The position numbers and the translations under genes are program-made. A stretch of 63,809 bases of DNA. Origin: Chiloscyllium plagiosum (taxonomy: Eukaryota). The notes under the pieces are model-generated. The model did not search any database. It was not told the origin of the DNA and saw only the letters and a program-made list of their open reading frames with translations. The stretch lies in the NCBI RefSeq assembly GCF_004010195.1, contig NC_057720.1:30438927-30502735 (forward strand), given 5' to 3'. Below, piece after piece: positions 13,030 to 25,769 of the stretch (position 1 is the stretch's first letter; every line of letters starts with the position of its first letter).

Positions 13030-13633
13030 TCAAGATTAGAGTGGTGCTGGAAAAGCACAGTAGGTCAGGCAGCATCTGAGGAGCAGGAAAATCAATGTTT
13101 CGGGCAAAAGCCCTTCGTCAAGAAGGTGGCTGGGAGCCTTGGGGTGAAGAGATAAATGGGAGGGAGGTGGGGGTGGGGAGAAGGTAGCTGAGAGTGCAAT
13201 AAGTGGATGGAAGTGGGGGTAAAAGTGATAGTCCAGAGAGGAGGGTGGAGCAGATAAGTGGGAAGGAAGATGGGGGAATGGTCTTTGCGGAAAGCGGATA
13301 GGGGTGGGGACGTATCCAACCTTCCAGTTCAGCACCGTCCTCATGACCTGTCCCACCTATCAATCATCCTTCCCATCTATCCGCTCCACCATCATCTCCA
13401 ACCTTTACCCCCACCTCCATCAACCTATTGCACTCTCAGCTACCTTCTCCCCAGCACCACCCCCCTCCCATTTATCTCTCCACCCCTGAGGCTCCCAGCC
13501 TCATTCCTGATGGAGGGCTTTTGCCCAAAATGTCGATTTTCCTGCTCCTCGGATGCTGCCTGACCTGCTGTGCTTTTCCAGCGCCACTATAATCTTGACC
13601 CTAATATCCTGCATCTGCAGTAACCACTTTTGC
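13030..13633. mobile_element. Penelope-like foldback element inserted in CR1, 17-bp TSD
   Basis: TSD ctagagtaagattaggg at 13013-13029 and 13634-13650; inverted arms. Confidence 0.85.
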
Positions 13634-14063
13634 CTAGAGTAAGATTAGGGCCAATCAGAGACACTAGTGGAAAGTTGTGTGTGGAATCTGAGGACACAGG
13701 GGAAGCACTTAATGAATACTTTTTGTCAGTATTCACATTGGAAAAGGGCAATGTTAGTGAAAATACAGAGGTACAGGCTACAAGATTAGATGGGATTGAG
13801 GTGGACAAAGAGGAGGTTTTAGCAAATTTGGAAGATCTGAAAATAGATAAGAACCCTGGGCTAGATGAGATTTATCCTTGGATTCTCTGGGAAGCCAGAG
13901 AGGAGGTTGCAGAGCCTTTGGCTTCGATCTTTATGTTATCATTGTCAACAGTAGTAGTGCCAGAAGACTGGAGGATAGGAAATGTTATTCACTTGTTTAA
14001 GAAGGGGAGTTGGGACAACCCTGGTAATTATAGGCCAGTGAGCCTCACTTCAGTTGTGGTAAG

Positions 14064-14152
14064 GTCATAGAGTCATAGAGTCATAGAGATGTACAGCATG
14101 GCAACAGACCCTTTGGTCCAACTCATCCATGCTGACCAGATATCCCAACCCA
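14064..14152 (-). mobile_element. Short antisense CR1 3' tail inside a CR1
   Basis: (gagtcata)n followed by gagatgtacagcatgg...cccaacccaat. Confidence 0.8.
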
Positions 14153-16011
14153 ATAGGATTAATGAAGATCTGGAAAGGAATAATTTGATTAGGGATAGTC
14201 AACATGATTTTGTGAATGGTATGTTGTGCCTCACTAATCTTACTGAGTTCTTTGAGAAGGTGACAAAACAGATGGATGAAGGTAAAACAGTTGTTGTAGT
14301 GTATATGGACTTCAGTAAGGCGTTTGATAATGTTCCACATAGTAGGCTATTGCACAAAATACGGAGTTTCGGGATTGAAGGTGATTTAGCGGTTTAGATC
14401 AGAAATTGGCTAACTGAAAGAAGACAGAGGGTGGTAGTTGATGGGAAATGTTCATCCTGGAGCTCAGTTACCAGTGGTGTGCTGCAAGGATCTTTTTGGG
14501 GCCACTGCTGTTTGTCATTTTTATAAATGATCTGGAGTTGGCCATAGAAGAATGGATTAGTAAATTTGCGGATGGCACTAAGATAGGCAGAGTTGTGGAT
14601 AGTACTGAAGGATATTGTGGATAACAGAGCTGGGCTGAGAAGTGGCAAATGGAGTTTAATGTGGAAAAGTGTGAGGTAGTTCACTTCGGAAGAAGTAACA
14701 GGAATGCAGAGTACTGGGCTAATGGTAAAATTCTTGGCAGTGTAGATGAACAGAGAAATCTTGGTGTCCAGGCGCATAAATCCCTGAAAGTTGCCACCCA
14801 GGTTGATAGGGTTGTTAAGAAAGCATATAGTGTTGGCATTTATTCGTAGGAGGATTGAGTTTCAGAGCCACGAGGTCATGCTTCAGCTGTACAAGACACT
14901 GGTAAGGCTGCACTTGGAGTATTGATGCAGTTCTGGTCACCGCATTATAGGAAGGATGTGGAAGCATTGGAAAGGGGTCAGAGGAGATTTATTAGAATGT
15001 TGTTTGGTATGGAAGGAAGGTCTCATGAGGAAAGGCTGGGGGAACTGAGGCTGTTTTCGTTGGAGAGAAGCAGGTTGAGAGGTGACTTAATTGAGACGTA
15101 TAAGATAATCAGAAGGTTAGATAGGGTAGACACTGAGAGCCTTTTTCCTCGGATGGTGAAGACTAACACAAGGGGGCATATTTTTAAATTGAAGGGTGAT
15201 AGATTTTGGACAGATATCAGGGGTAGTTCTTTGCTCAGAGAATAGTAGGGGCATGGAACGGCCTGCCTGCAACAGTAGTAGACTCGCCGATATTAAGGGC
15301 ATTTAAATGGGCATTGGGCATACATGTGGATAATAATGGAATGGTGTAGGTTAGATGGGCATCAGATTAATTACACAGGCTGGTGCAACATTGAGGGCCG
15401 AAGGGCCTGTATTGCGTTGTAACATTCTATGTTCTATGTTCTAAGTTCTATGTTTGATGTTTCAATTTGTGTTGCTGATGGAATTTCCAAAGCTGCATGG
15501 TCTACCTAAATTAAGTCATCATGTCTTTGTGAAAAAAAGAATATACAGTACTTAATGTTGTCATTATTCATTTCCTTTCATTGTAAGTTGAAGCATAAGG
15601 TGATCTTTAAAGATAATGGAGTTGTTTTTCACAAGTGCTAATTACCATCTGCTGATCTATGTATCAGTCAAATCTCTCGTAACCTGCTCAGCTTTTAGTG
15701 CATTCATATGATGCCTGGTAATCTTGTAAAAGAATAGATAGCAGATTTATGATATTGAGATATCTATCTCATCGCTAGAATGTCAATTTGTACCAAATTA
15801 ATATTATCACCATTTTGAATTGGCTCTGTGGTCATAAGAAATTATTGACCTTAACAAAGGTTTGACAAGCTCATTTCCTGTACAGTATCAATCATTGCAT
15901 TGTCAAGTCAATATCATAACAAAAATAGCACCCAAAATTAATTTCCGCAAATGGTAAAGATAATACCTCTCAACTGAATTTAAGACCTAGCACAGAAATA
16001 ATAGTTTTGAA

Positions 16012-17108
16012 ATATTTGGTTACAGAACTGGCTCAAAGGTAGAAGACAGAGGGTAGTGTTGGGTGGTTGTTTTTCAGACTGGAGGCCTGTGACCAGTGGA
16101 GTGCCACAAGGATCGGTGCTGGGTCCACTACTTTTCATCATTTATATAATGATTTGGATGTGAGCATAAGAGGTATAGTTAGTACGTTTGCTGATAATAC
16201 CAAAATTTGATGTGTAGTGGACAGCGAAGAAAATTACCTCAGATTGTAACGGGATCTTGATCAGATGGGCCAATGGGCTGAAGAGTGACAGATGGAGTTT
16301 AATTTATATAAATGTGAGGTGCTGCATTTTGGGAAAGCAAATCTTAACAGGACTTATACACTTAATGGTAAGGTCCTAGGGAGTGTTGCTGAACAAAGAG
16401 ACCTTGGACTGCAGGTTCATAGCTCCTTGAAAATGGAGTCGCAGGTAGATAGGATAGTGAAGAAGGCATTTGATATGATTTCCTTTATTAGTCAGGGTAT
16501 TGAATACAGGAGTTGGGAGATCATATTGCAGCTGTACAGGACATTGGTTAGGCCACTGTTGGAAAATTGCGTGCAATTCTGGTCTCCTTCCTATCGGAAA
16601 GATGTTGTGAAACCTGAAAAGGTTCAGAAAAGATTTACAAGGATGTTGCCAGGGTTGGAGGATTTGAGCCAAAGGGAGAGGCTGAACAGGCTGGGGCTGT
16701 TTACCCTGGAGCGTCAGAGTCTGAGGGGTGTCCTTATAGAGGTTTATAAAATAGGGACATGGATAGGGTAAATAGACAAAGTCTTTTCCCTCAGGTGGGG
16801 GAGTCCAGAACTGGAGGGCATAGGTTTAGGGTGAGAGGGGAAAGATATAAAAGAGACCTAAGAGGCAAATGTTTCACGCAGAGGGTGGTACGTGTATGGA
16901 ATGAGCTGCCAGAGGAAGTGGTGGAGGCTAGTACAATTGCAATATTTAAAAGATATCTGGATGGGTATATGAATAGGAAGGGTTTGGAGTGATATGGCTG
17001 GGTGCTGGCAGGTGGGACTAGATTGGGTTGGGATATCTGGTTGGCATGGACGGGTTGGACTGAAGGATCTGTTTACGTGCTGTACATTTCTATGACTCTA
17101 TGACTCTA
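16012..17108 (+). mobile_element. CR1/HER1-like LINE 3' part
   Basis: [25 protein letters not shown]...VQFWSP; (ctatgact)n tail. Confidence 0.95.
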
Positions 17109-20100
17109 TTGATTTAAAAATCACTTTTCATAAAATCATGGGATGAGAGGAGAAGTTACATCTAGAATATGGCATTGTTGAAGTGGCAGCAACTAGTATG
17201 TTCTATGTAGGAGAAGTATTAATTATGATAGGAGACCATTTGGCAAATACATACAATAATATTTATTTGAGGTACATCTGCCTACTGCTGAAAATTTCTA
17301 TTTAGTGAAATGCTTTAAATCAGGGTTGTAGCACATTAACATTATAGTTAGGTCTTGTCCATCTTTAATATAATTCATTAGGTAGATTATCTCATAAATC
17401 CTGAAAAAAATTCAAAGTTTAAATTGGAAACTTCAAATATAGCATTCCATGTATTATTAAGGTGTATGGGATCACATATTTAGCAAGATTAATTTAATGT
17501 TGTATTCCATGGTGCTCTTTTGAGTTAATGAACACATAAAATTATTCTAACGTGTGCCTTTGAATTAATGAACACATAAAATTAATCTAACTGTTATGAT
17601 TGTTAAAAGCTTTAAGAGTAATAGAATAGTTTTTGATGCCCTCTGTAACCATATTCTCATTGTTATCCTGAAGACAGTGAAATATTCCTGAAATATTCTT
17701 GAATGAAATGAAGAAATGCATTCACTGGTTCACTTGCTAATGGGGATAGAGTTTGATGCTGCTACAAATCTCAAGCTGATTGTATTTTAATGACGTCTGC
17801 AAGTTTTTATTTCCCCTTTTCTTTCCCTGGAAATTATTCACACCTAAAACACTGTGATTAAGAGCATTTGCTTTGAACCTGCTTTAATCTTTTTCCTCAC
17901 TTCTTTTTATAACCATCCATTGAAATGTGCAGTTTAGGGCAACTGGGCACCAAATGTTTCCTCCCTTCTTCCTTACCTGTAAAGAAATAGTTGATCTCCC
18001 ACCAGAGCTTCTGACAGCACACAACGATTTATTAAAGAATATCACAAAAAGGACATTGTTGTTTAAGACTTGTATCCTGTAAATCCATAACATATTACCG
18101 AGTACACCTCTGAAACTCAAACTTGCTAACTTACTTGAAGAGCACATTTTGTTTTGTGTTGCAATGTTTCCCAGTAAATGTATCATGAGTTGGGAGATGC
18201 TTATTCCAAATTTATTTCCTTATCATGGATTTTCTTCCAGATACTTTGACCAAAACTGTTCACCTGAAAGAATCAAGGGCAAAAGTTAGATTGTCTGTAA
18301 CACCAGCTTTCATGTTCAATTTCCTTTTAGTGTTGTATAATACACAAAAGGAAACCGTCGCATATTTAACATAACAATATGAGCACATATTTATATCAAT
18401 AACAAGCCAGCACCATATACCTTGATGACTTTGGGTGAGGCCAAGGAATTTTCTTCAACTGTTTTCTTGCTTTTGTGGGGATATTGTATTGAAAACATTC
18501 ACTTAATGTTTCTTCCAACTTTATTTTCCTTCATTTTTCTTTCAATTTACTTCATCCAATTCCAATTATGTTCTTAGACCTTTCTTTCCTTTTTACAAAT
18601 GTACTTTCACTTTTGTGTATTATTTTACCACAAAGTTCCCCATTGTTCATGATTTAATTTACCATTTTATAGGACGCCCTAATACTTTGTGTGACAAGCA
18701 AAGGCAGCTGAGTAGAGGGTAAATGGGGGCCAGTTTGTTAACACATGCTACCATCCAAGTCACATTTCAGCCACCACTCTGACCTGAACCCTACTCCCAT
18801 CGCCCCATTGACACTCCAAGATTCATTTGGTGAACTTTTCTTCATTGAATGTGTGTTGATGATGAACATGGCAAGATCCTCTACAAACTTGTTAATGGAG
18901 GAGAGGTATTGGAGGAGGATTGTATGATCAACCGTGAAAATCTTGAGAAATTAGCAGCCCCCCTTTCCAGATGCCTGGCTGTTACTGGGGAAAGCTCTTG
19001 GGCTCAAAAATATTCAATGAAGAGGGTGGAAAGAATTAAGGGTAGTCATGCAGACCAGGAAAAATCTGCCAGTAAGGCCCTCGCAGAAAGAAAACCTAAT
19101 AAAACTGGTGAATGAGACACACTGGTCGAACTCATCTAGTGTACTTATAAAATTTAGTTAAACCTAGAAAATTGGAACCAAGTATGCTATTCCGCTGTTG
19201 CACTATATAATATAATCATGGCTGATCATCCAACTCAGTACCCTGTTTCTCCATTCACCTATGAACTCTTTAGCCTTAAGAACTATATCTACTTTCCTCT
19301 TGAAACCATTCAATGTTTTGGCCTCAACTGCTTTCTGTGGCAGAGAATTCCACAGTTTCTAGATAAAGAGATTTCTCCTCAGCTCAATCCTAAATGTCCT
19401 ACTTCATATCCTTAAACCGTTTTTCCTGGTCCTGGACTCCCTGATCACTGGGAACATCCTTCCTGTTGATGGGCCATTGTAGGCACGATTGGCCTCCTTC
19501 TGTGAATTCAAATTCCATCATCTGCTATGGTGAAATTTGCACTAATGCAGCAGTACTTCGGTCTGGGGTTCTAGATGACTAGTGCAATGACATTACCACT
19601 TTTCTACCATCTCCCCTGCATAATTCAAAATGGGGACCAGTTCAATCAGCAAGTTCATGTCTAAGTATAATTGGCTTTTTGCTCTGGTCTGTTACACCTC
19701 TCATTGCAGCAATAACAACACCACGTGATGAATGTGAGAAGAATTGGTCATGGATTGAAAGCAATGTGCATGTCTGGCCTCATTTGTTTTGCACAGTGGG
19801 ACGCAATGCAGTCTAGTGCTTGGATTAGAGCAGCTTGGACATTCATGAAGGATATCTAGACATTATCGCATAAGTTTATTTTTCTTCCTTATAAATCTGC
19901 TCTGGATATTCACTGTCCTTGTCATAAAGGAAGAAACTCCTTCAAGTGTGGCTGAAGCTCCACCAATGGTAGACTTGTGCCTTCACATACAAGCTTGACT
20001 GGGCAACCTTTGGGAGACATGAGAAAGTTGTGCCACTCGCATGTAATCCCTGCGGGCATCAGGTGGACTTGGGTAATTGGCTCAATAATTAACCAAAATT

Positions 20101-20409
20101 GATGTCCATCTGTAAGCAGTTGATATCCCCCTTGTGTCCCTTCCTAAATCTGGTTTAATTACAGAAGGTTTTGATGCACTGTCTAGTGGCTGACATCCAA
20201 CCTCTCATGAGATTAAATAGGCTTGGGTGTCTTGATTCCTGCTGAAAATGGTTTATCAGCTGAGAGTCACTATTGTAAGGTGAGAAATGGAGCTGCAATT
20301 GTTTTACACAGCACCCTTTCACTAATAATGATGTGGTAATGATTAAGGAATAAATATTGGTCAGTGCACTTGGTGTAACTCCCTGCACTTCTTTGAGATA
20401 CCATCTTGA

Positions 20410-21165
20410 CTATAGAGTCATAGAGACATAGAGAGGTACAGCACAGAAACAAACCCTTCGGTCCAACTTGTCCATGCCGACCAGATAGTCTAATCTAATC
20501 TAGTCCCATTTGCCAACACTTGGCCCATAACACTCTAAACCCTTCTTATTCATATACCCATCTAGATGCCTTTTAAATGTTGTAATTGTACCAGCCTCCT
20601 CCACTTCCTCTGGCAACTCATTCCATACACACACACCACCCGCTGCGCGAAAAAGTTGCCCCTTAGGTCCCTTTTAAATTTTTCTCCCTCTCATCCTCAA
20701 CCTATATCATCTAGTTTGGATTCCCCTATCCAGGGAAAAGACTTTGTCTATTTACCCTATCCATGCCCCTCATGATTTTATAAATCTATATAAAGTCACC
20801 CCCCAGCCTCCGATGCTCCAGGGAAAAAAGCCCCAGCCTATTCAGCCTCTACCTATAAACCCTCCAATCCTGGCAACATCCTTGTAAATCTTTTCTGAAC
20901 CCTTTCAAGTTTCACACTATCCTTCCAATAGGAGGAATTGCACACAATATTCCAAAAGTGGCCTAACCAAGGTCCTGTACAGCCGCAACATGATCTCCCA
21001 GCTCCTGTACTCAATGCTCTGACCAATAAAGGAAAGCGTACTAAGCGCTTTCTTCACTATCCTATCTACCTGCGACTCTACTTTCAAGAAGCTATGAACT
21101 TGCACTCCAAGGTCTCTCTGTTTCGCAACATTCCCCAGGACCTTACCATTAAGTGTATTTGGTTA
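20410..21165 (-). mobile_element. CR1 LINE 3' fragment
   Basis: Antisense QVHSFLKVESQVDRIVKKA; gagtcata tail. Confidence 0.92.
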
Positions 21166-21442
21166 AGAGTTTAAATGAGATTTTGAATGGACTTGCGTAA
21201 TTTCTATATTTTTTATGCTTTAAAGTCATTATTAATAATTTCATAGAATGGAATATAATCAAGTAGTCATAATCTCATCAAGTCTGGATTTATCACTGAT
21301 TAATCTCTCTCCCTTTGAAGCAAAGGCAAAGTCCTCCGGCCATGAATTCTTTGACAGACTGATCAAGAATCTTCAAGGATACTAATGCACTACCTGCTGG
21401 ACCTCTGCATCAACTTGACTTTGAGCTTTGTTAGTATCATCA

Positions 21443-21786
21443 ATGGCATACACCCACATGCGCAATAGAGTCACAATTGGAGGAGCAATGCTTCTTATGT
21501 CTGGTGCCATTTGTTTTGCATGGTGGAGTGATGAGCAACCAGACCCCACTCAAAGCCCAGAACCTTCATCCAATGAAGACGTGGTGGCAGCTATCCAGCA
21601 AACGTCCTTGAACCCATTACTAAGATCAATCAGTGTTTTGTTCTGCTTGATTGGAGGATTCATGCTTTCTTTTGGCCTCCTTTGGTCTGCAAAGGTGAAT
21701 AGGCAAATGTCCAGGGGTTACAGACATTGGAATAGAACAACTGTATATTTTAACACCACGGAGTGGAGAGCAAAATATAGACAAAG
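21443..21786 (+). CDS. TMEM61: Transmembrane protein 61, first coding exon (two TM helices)
   Basis: Translation MAYTHMRNRVTIGGAMLLMSGAICFAWWSD...NPLLRSISVLFCLIGGFMLSFGLLWSAK matches recalled human TMEM61 motifs (LCFAWWSE, SPLLRSVSF, IGLLWSVK). ATG at 21443; donor AG|GTAGGA at 21786/21787 (phase 2). Upstream of BSND as in human. A short upstream coding exon cannot be excluded. Confidence 0.9.
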
Positions 21787-22109
21787 GTAGGACAAACAAC
21801 AGATTTACCCAGTTCTGGAAATAATTCCATTAGGAGCATTGGTAAGAGCATGTGAAACAGTTTTCCTCCCTGTGGTTGCCCATAACCAATTATACTTTTA
21901 TTTTCCCTTTGGTATGTTTCCACAGTGTAATTGTTCAAGTTCTTAAAATGACAGGTAATTAAGAAAATGAAAGACAGATTTGGTTTAATTTCAAGGAGAG
22001 CGTGAGAACTGTTCCAAAAGGTTAAATAAAAGTTTAAAAATACCAGTGCGATTTTCTATGAGCAGCCCATGGTACTGATGGACAAGAGAAATTATTAAAT
22101 GCTCACCTT

Positions 22110-22985
22110 TTGAATTGAATTGAATTGAATTTATTGTCACATGTACCGAGGCACAGTTAAAAGCTTTGTCTTGCGAGCAAAACAGACAGGTCACAGAGTA
22201 AAGTAGCATAGATAAGTAATAATAGGTAAACAGCAGCAAAACCAAAAACACAGGTACAGGAGAATGTTAAGAGTTTGTGAGTTCATTCAGTATTCTAACA
22301 ATAGCAGGGTAGAAACTGTTACAAAACCACTGGTGCATGTGTTCAGGCTTCTGTACCTTCTCCCCGATGGTAGAGGTTGTAGAAAAAACATTGCCAGGGT
22401 GAGATGGATCTTTGAGAATGCTGGCGGCCTTTCCTTGACAGCGGTCCTGGTAGATGGATTGGATAGATGGGAGGTTGGCCTTTGTGATTGTCCGGGCCGA
22501 GTTCACCACTCTCTGTAACCGTTTCCAATCTTGACCGACAATAGTGATGTCATCAGCGAACTTGTAAATGGCATTCGTCTGGTATTTGGCGACGCAGTCA
22601 TGGGTATACGGTGAGTACAGTAGGGGGCTGAGTATGCACTCCTGGGTGGCTCCAGTGTCGAGTGTTAGTGAGGATGAATTATTGCGACCAACCTTCATTG
22701 ATTGTAGCCTGTGGGCCAGGAAACTGAAGATCCAGTTGCACAGAATGGGGCTTAGTCCAAGATCCCTAAGTTTAGTAATCAGTCTTGAGGGGATAATAGT
22801 GTTGAAGGCTGAACTGTAGTCAATGAGTAGGATTCTTACGTAGCTGTTCTTGGTGTCAAGATGTTCTAGGGAGGAGTGAAGGGCAAGTGATATGGCATCT
22901 GACGTGGATCTGTTGGTTCAATTATAGTGGTTCAAGAGTAGGGAGGATGGAGTTCATTAATGCCATGACCAGCATTTCAAAACCT
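22110..22985 (-). mobile_element. Rex-Babar LINE fragment in the TMEM61 intron
   Basis: LSPLLYS.YTHDC...YKFADD; (ttgaa)n tail. Confidence 0.9.
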
Positions 22986-23508
22986 TCTCAATTTGGACAA
23001 CAATTTTCAGCAAGATCGGGGGACATCTTCATCTTACAGTGACCATTGCCAGTCTGCTTTGATCATGAAAATGGCATTCGCTAGATTTTCAAAGACTAGC
23101 ACAGATTTTAACCCGAAACATTTTAAACAGTTTCACATGGACATTACAAAATTTTAATGTAGTCAAATCTGTATCAAAAATAGTAATTTGAAATTTAATT
23201 TTTAAAGTAGAGTCTGTAAACCACTAACTGCAAAGCTGTATAAATCCTCAGAAATCATATACTCACACACAGTTGCTGTTCATACATACAAACTCTCAAA
23301 TTGAGCACAACATATCTGCATAATAATCATACTGTCTGCACCAATACATTAACAGACTATTCACACCAACATATCCACACAGATTCACACCCACACTCAG
23401 AAAGAGGGGAATAAAGGAAGGGGAAGAAAGTTGTTAGCCCCTTTAGCATGTTGTACCATTCATTGATGATCATGGCTGATCTATGACCTCTTCATTATTG
23501 CTTAAGTT

Positions 23509-23708
23509 AAAAATCGCAAAACACCAGGTTATAGTCCAACAAGTTTAGTTGGAAGCACTAGTTTTTGGAGCGCCGCTCCTTCATCAGGTGGTTGATGAAG
23601 GATCAGCGCTCCAAAAGCTAGTGTGCTTCAAAATAAACCTGTTGGACTATAACCTGGTGTTGTGTGCTTTTTGACTTTGTACACCCCAGTCCAACACCGG
23701 CTCCTCCT
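23509..23708. mobile_element. Penelope-like foldback element, third family (AGCU-type hammerhead, decayed)
   Basis: Inverted arms acaccaggttatagtccaac / gttggactataacctggtgt with (c/t)tgatgaagga..gcgctcc.aaagcta cores. A further fragment of this family lies at about 24228-24590. Confidence 0.75.
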
Positions 23709-23760
23709 TGTCTTCATTATTGATATACATGGTAATATTAATAGACACAGTAACAGAATA

Positions 23761-24202
23761 GGAGAAAGTGAGGACTGCAGATGCTGGAGATCAGAGTGGA
23801 AAATGTGTTGCTGGAAAAGCGCAGCAGGTCAGGCAGCATCCAAGGAGCTGAGGAAGGAGATTTGACTGCGGTAGCGAGTCTGTTTGAGAACGTGGCTGAA
23901 GAGCTTCTGGGCAGAGGAGATGACCTGGGTTGTGCAGTGAGAGAGGGACTCACTGAAATCCTTGTAGAGGGAGGAAGAGAGCTTCTTCAAGGAAGGCATC
24001 CTTGTAAGAGGATTCGCAGTAGGTTAAAATCTTCTAGGAGAAAGTGAGGAATGTAGATGCTGGAGATCAGAGCTGGAAATGTGTTGCTGGAAAAGCGCAG
24101 CAGGTCATTGATTCCTGAAGAAGGGCGCATACCCGAAACATCGATTCTCCTGCTCCTTGGATGCTGCCTGACCTGCTGCGCTTTTCCAGCAACACATTTT
24201 CA
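23761..24202. mobile_element. Penelope-like element with tandem and inverted arms, 14-bp TSD
   Basis: TSD acagtaacagaata at 23747-23760 and 24203-24216. Confidence 0.8.
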
Positions 24203-24600
24203 ACAGTAACAGAATATGCCAATGTTACAAATCACACAACACCAGGTTAAAGTCCAACAGGTTTATTTGGAAGCACTACCTTTCAGAGCACCACTCCATC
24301 AGGTGGTTGTGGAGTGCACAATTGTAAGACAGAATTTACAGCAAAAGTTCAGTAACTGAAATTATACATTGAAAAATATCTGGATTGTTTGTTAAGTCTC
24401 TCATCTGTTAGAATGAGCATGATAGTTTCACTTCTTTCATATGTAAGTCACAAAATTTCTTTTTAAAAAGAAGTTACATTCTCAGACTAACTGTAACAAT
24501 TGGTGTCAGCACAGATAAAAGGTTGAGATGTTGAAAGTGTTAGCCCCTGTTTTCCCTGTCTGTGCCATAATGTTTAGACTAATTCTAATCTAAAAAGGTG

Positions 24601-24940
24601 AGGGGCAGCAAAGTGGCTCAGTCATTAGCATTGCTGCCTCACAGCGCCAGAGACCCGGTTCAATTCCACCCTCAGGCAACTGTCTGTGTGGAGTTTTCAC
24701 GTTCTTCCAGTGTCTGCGTGGGTTTCTTCCAGGTGCTCTGGTTTCCTCCCACAATCCAAAGATGTGCAGGTCAGGTGAATTGGCCATGCTAAATTGCCCA
24801 TAGTGTTAGGTGCATTAGTCAGGGGTGAATGTAAGAGAATGGATTGCTCTTCGGAGGGTCGGTGTGGACTTGTTGGGAATCTGTAGGGAATCTAATCTGT
24901 TTCCACACTGTAGGGAATCTAATCTAATCTAATCTAATCA
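24601..24940 (+). mobile_element. HE1-type V-SINE
   Basis: tRNA head, V-core and (aatct)n tail. Confidence 0.88.
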
Positions 24941-25062
24941 ATGTGAAAAGAAGTAAGCTGAATCATTTACAGATTTATCAATTTAATATGAATTTGCTTT
25001 AAAGTATTTCAGGTGAAATCTCAACTGTTATCTTTAACAACTATTGTTTTTATCTTTTCTAG

Positions 25063-25375
25063 CAGTCCTGATAACTTTCAAGTTCCTTCATATAATGAGG
25101 CTCTGAACTGCAGACCAGTGGTGATGGTGCCATCTAGCAATCTGCTGATTCCACTACCTCCCAGAGATCCAGATCTTCCACCATCATGTGAAATGCTAAC
25201 GGATGTTGGCAGAGTTCGGCTTACACCCTGCAGGCGTAGTCTGTCTGACAGTGCACTGTCACAGAGAGTGCCAACTCAGATTTTGCATCAGGAAGAGCTT
25301 GGGTCAGGGTCTCTAACATCTGCAACCTACACCACCCCTCCACCCAGCTACGAGAATCTCCGCATGCAGATTTGA
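25063..25375 (+). CDS. TMEM61: TMEM61 terminal coding exon (cytoplasmic tail with VPSYNEA and PPPSY motifs)
   Basis: Polypyrimidine tract and TAG/CAG acceptor, phase 2, in frame with the first exon. VPSYNEA resembles human IPTYEEA and PPPSYE is conserved. Stop TGA at 25373-25375. Confidence 0.88.
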
Positions 25376-25763
25376 CAATGAATGCCTGGAACTGAGGACA
25401 AAGCATTCAGGGCTCAATGTTTCAAGAGTTGGGAAATCTTGATGAACCTTTAAAACTGGCAGGTGGAATCCAGGTGCAGAATTCCCATCATTTCTGACAA
25501 ATCCAACTTTTGCACATAAAGGGAAGAGGGAGGGGACATGAATCACATGCTGAATTCAGCAGGATTGTTTGAAATTTGTGTCGTGTTCAAACATTTTGAG
25601 TGTTCTCAGGACCTTAACCTGCCTGGTAGGAGTTACAAATTGTTGGAGCATGCGTAAATGCGGATATGGCCTCTTTAAATAGAATGATGTGAAGTTGTTT
25701 TTTTTGAGATAATATGCTCTTTAGACTTAAGTAAAAGGTTGCAGCTGCTGGTTAGAATTTAAG

Positions 25764-25769
25764 AATAAA
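25764..25769 (+). promoter_or_regulatory. Candidate TMEM61 polyadenylation signal
   Basis: AATAAA about 390 nt after the stop codon. Confidence 0.35.

Larger units (their letters stand above)
12735..15450 (+). mobile_element. CR1 LINE ORF2 (RT), 5'-truncated and interrupted twice
   Basis: PEDWRIGNV...PGNYRPVSLTSVV, YMDFSKAFD, MEFNVEKCEVVHFG; (ttctatg)n tail. Confidence 0.95.

Noticed and set aside
17520..17591. 40-bp tandem duplication (similar small ones at about 10872-10903 and 62445-62487)
   Set aside because: Ordinary two-copy slippage duplications with no further structure.
24113..24145. Active sense-strand hammerhead in the TMEM61 intron
   Set aside because: Stem III reads GAAACAUC, so the palindrome and the 15.2-16.2 pair are lost, and stem II is weakened; likely inactive.
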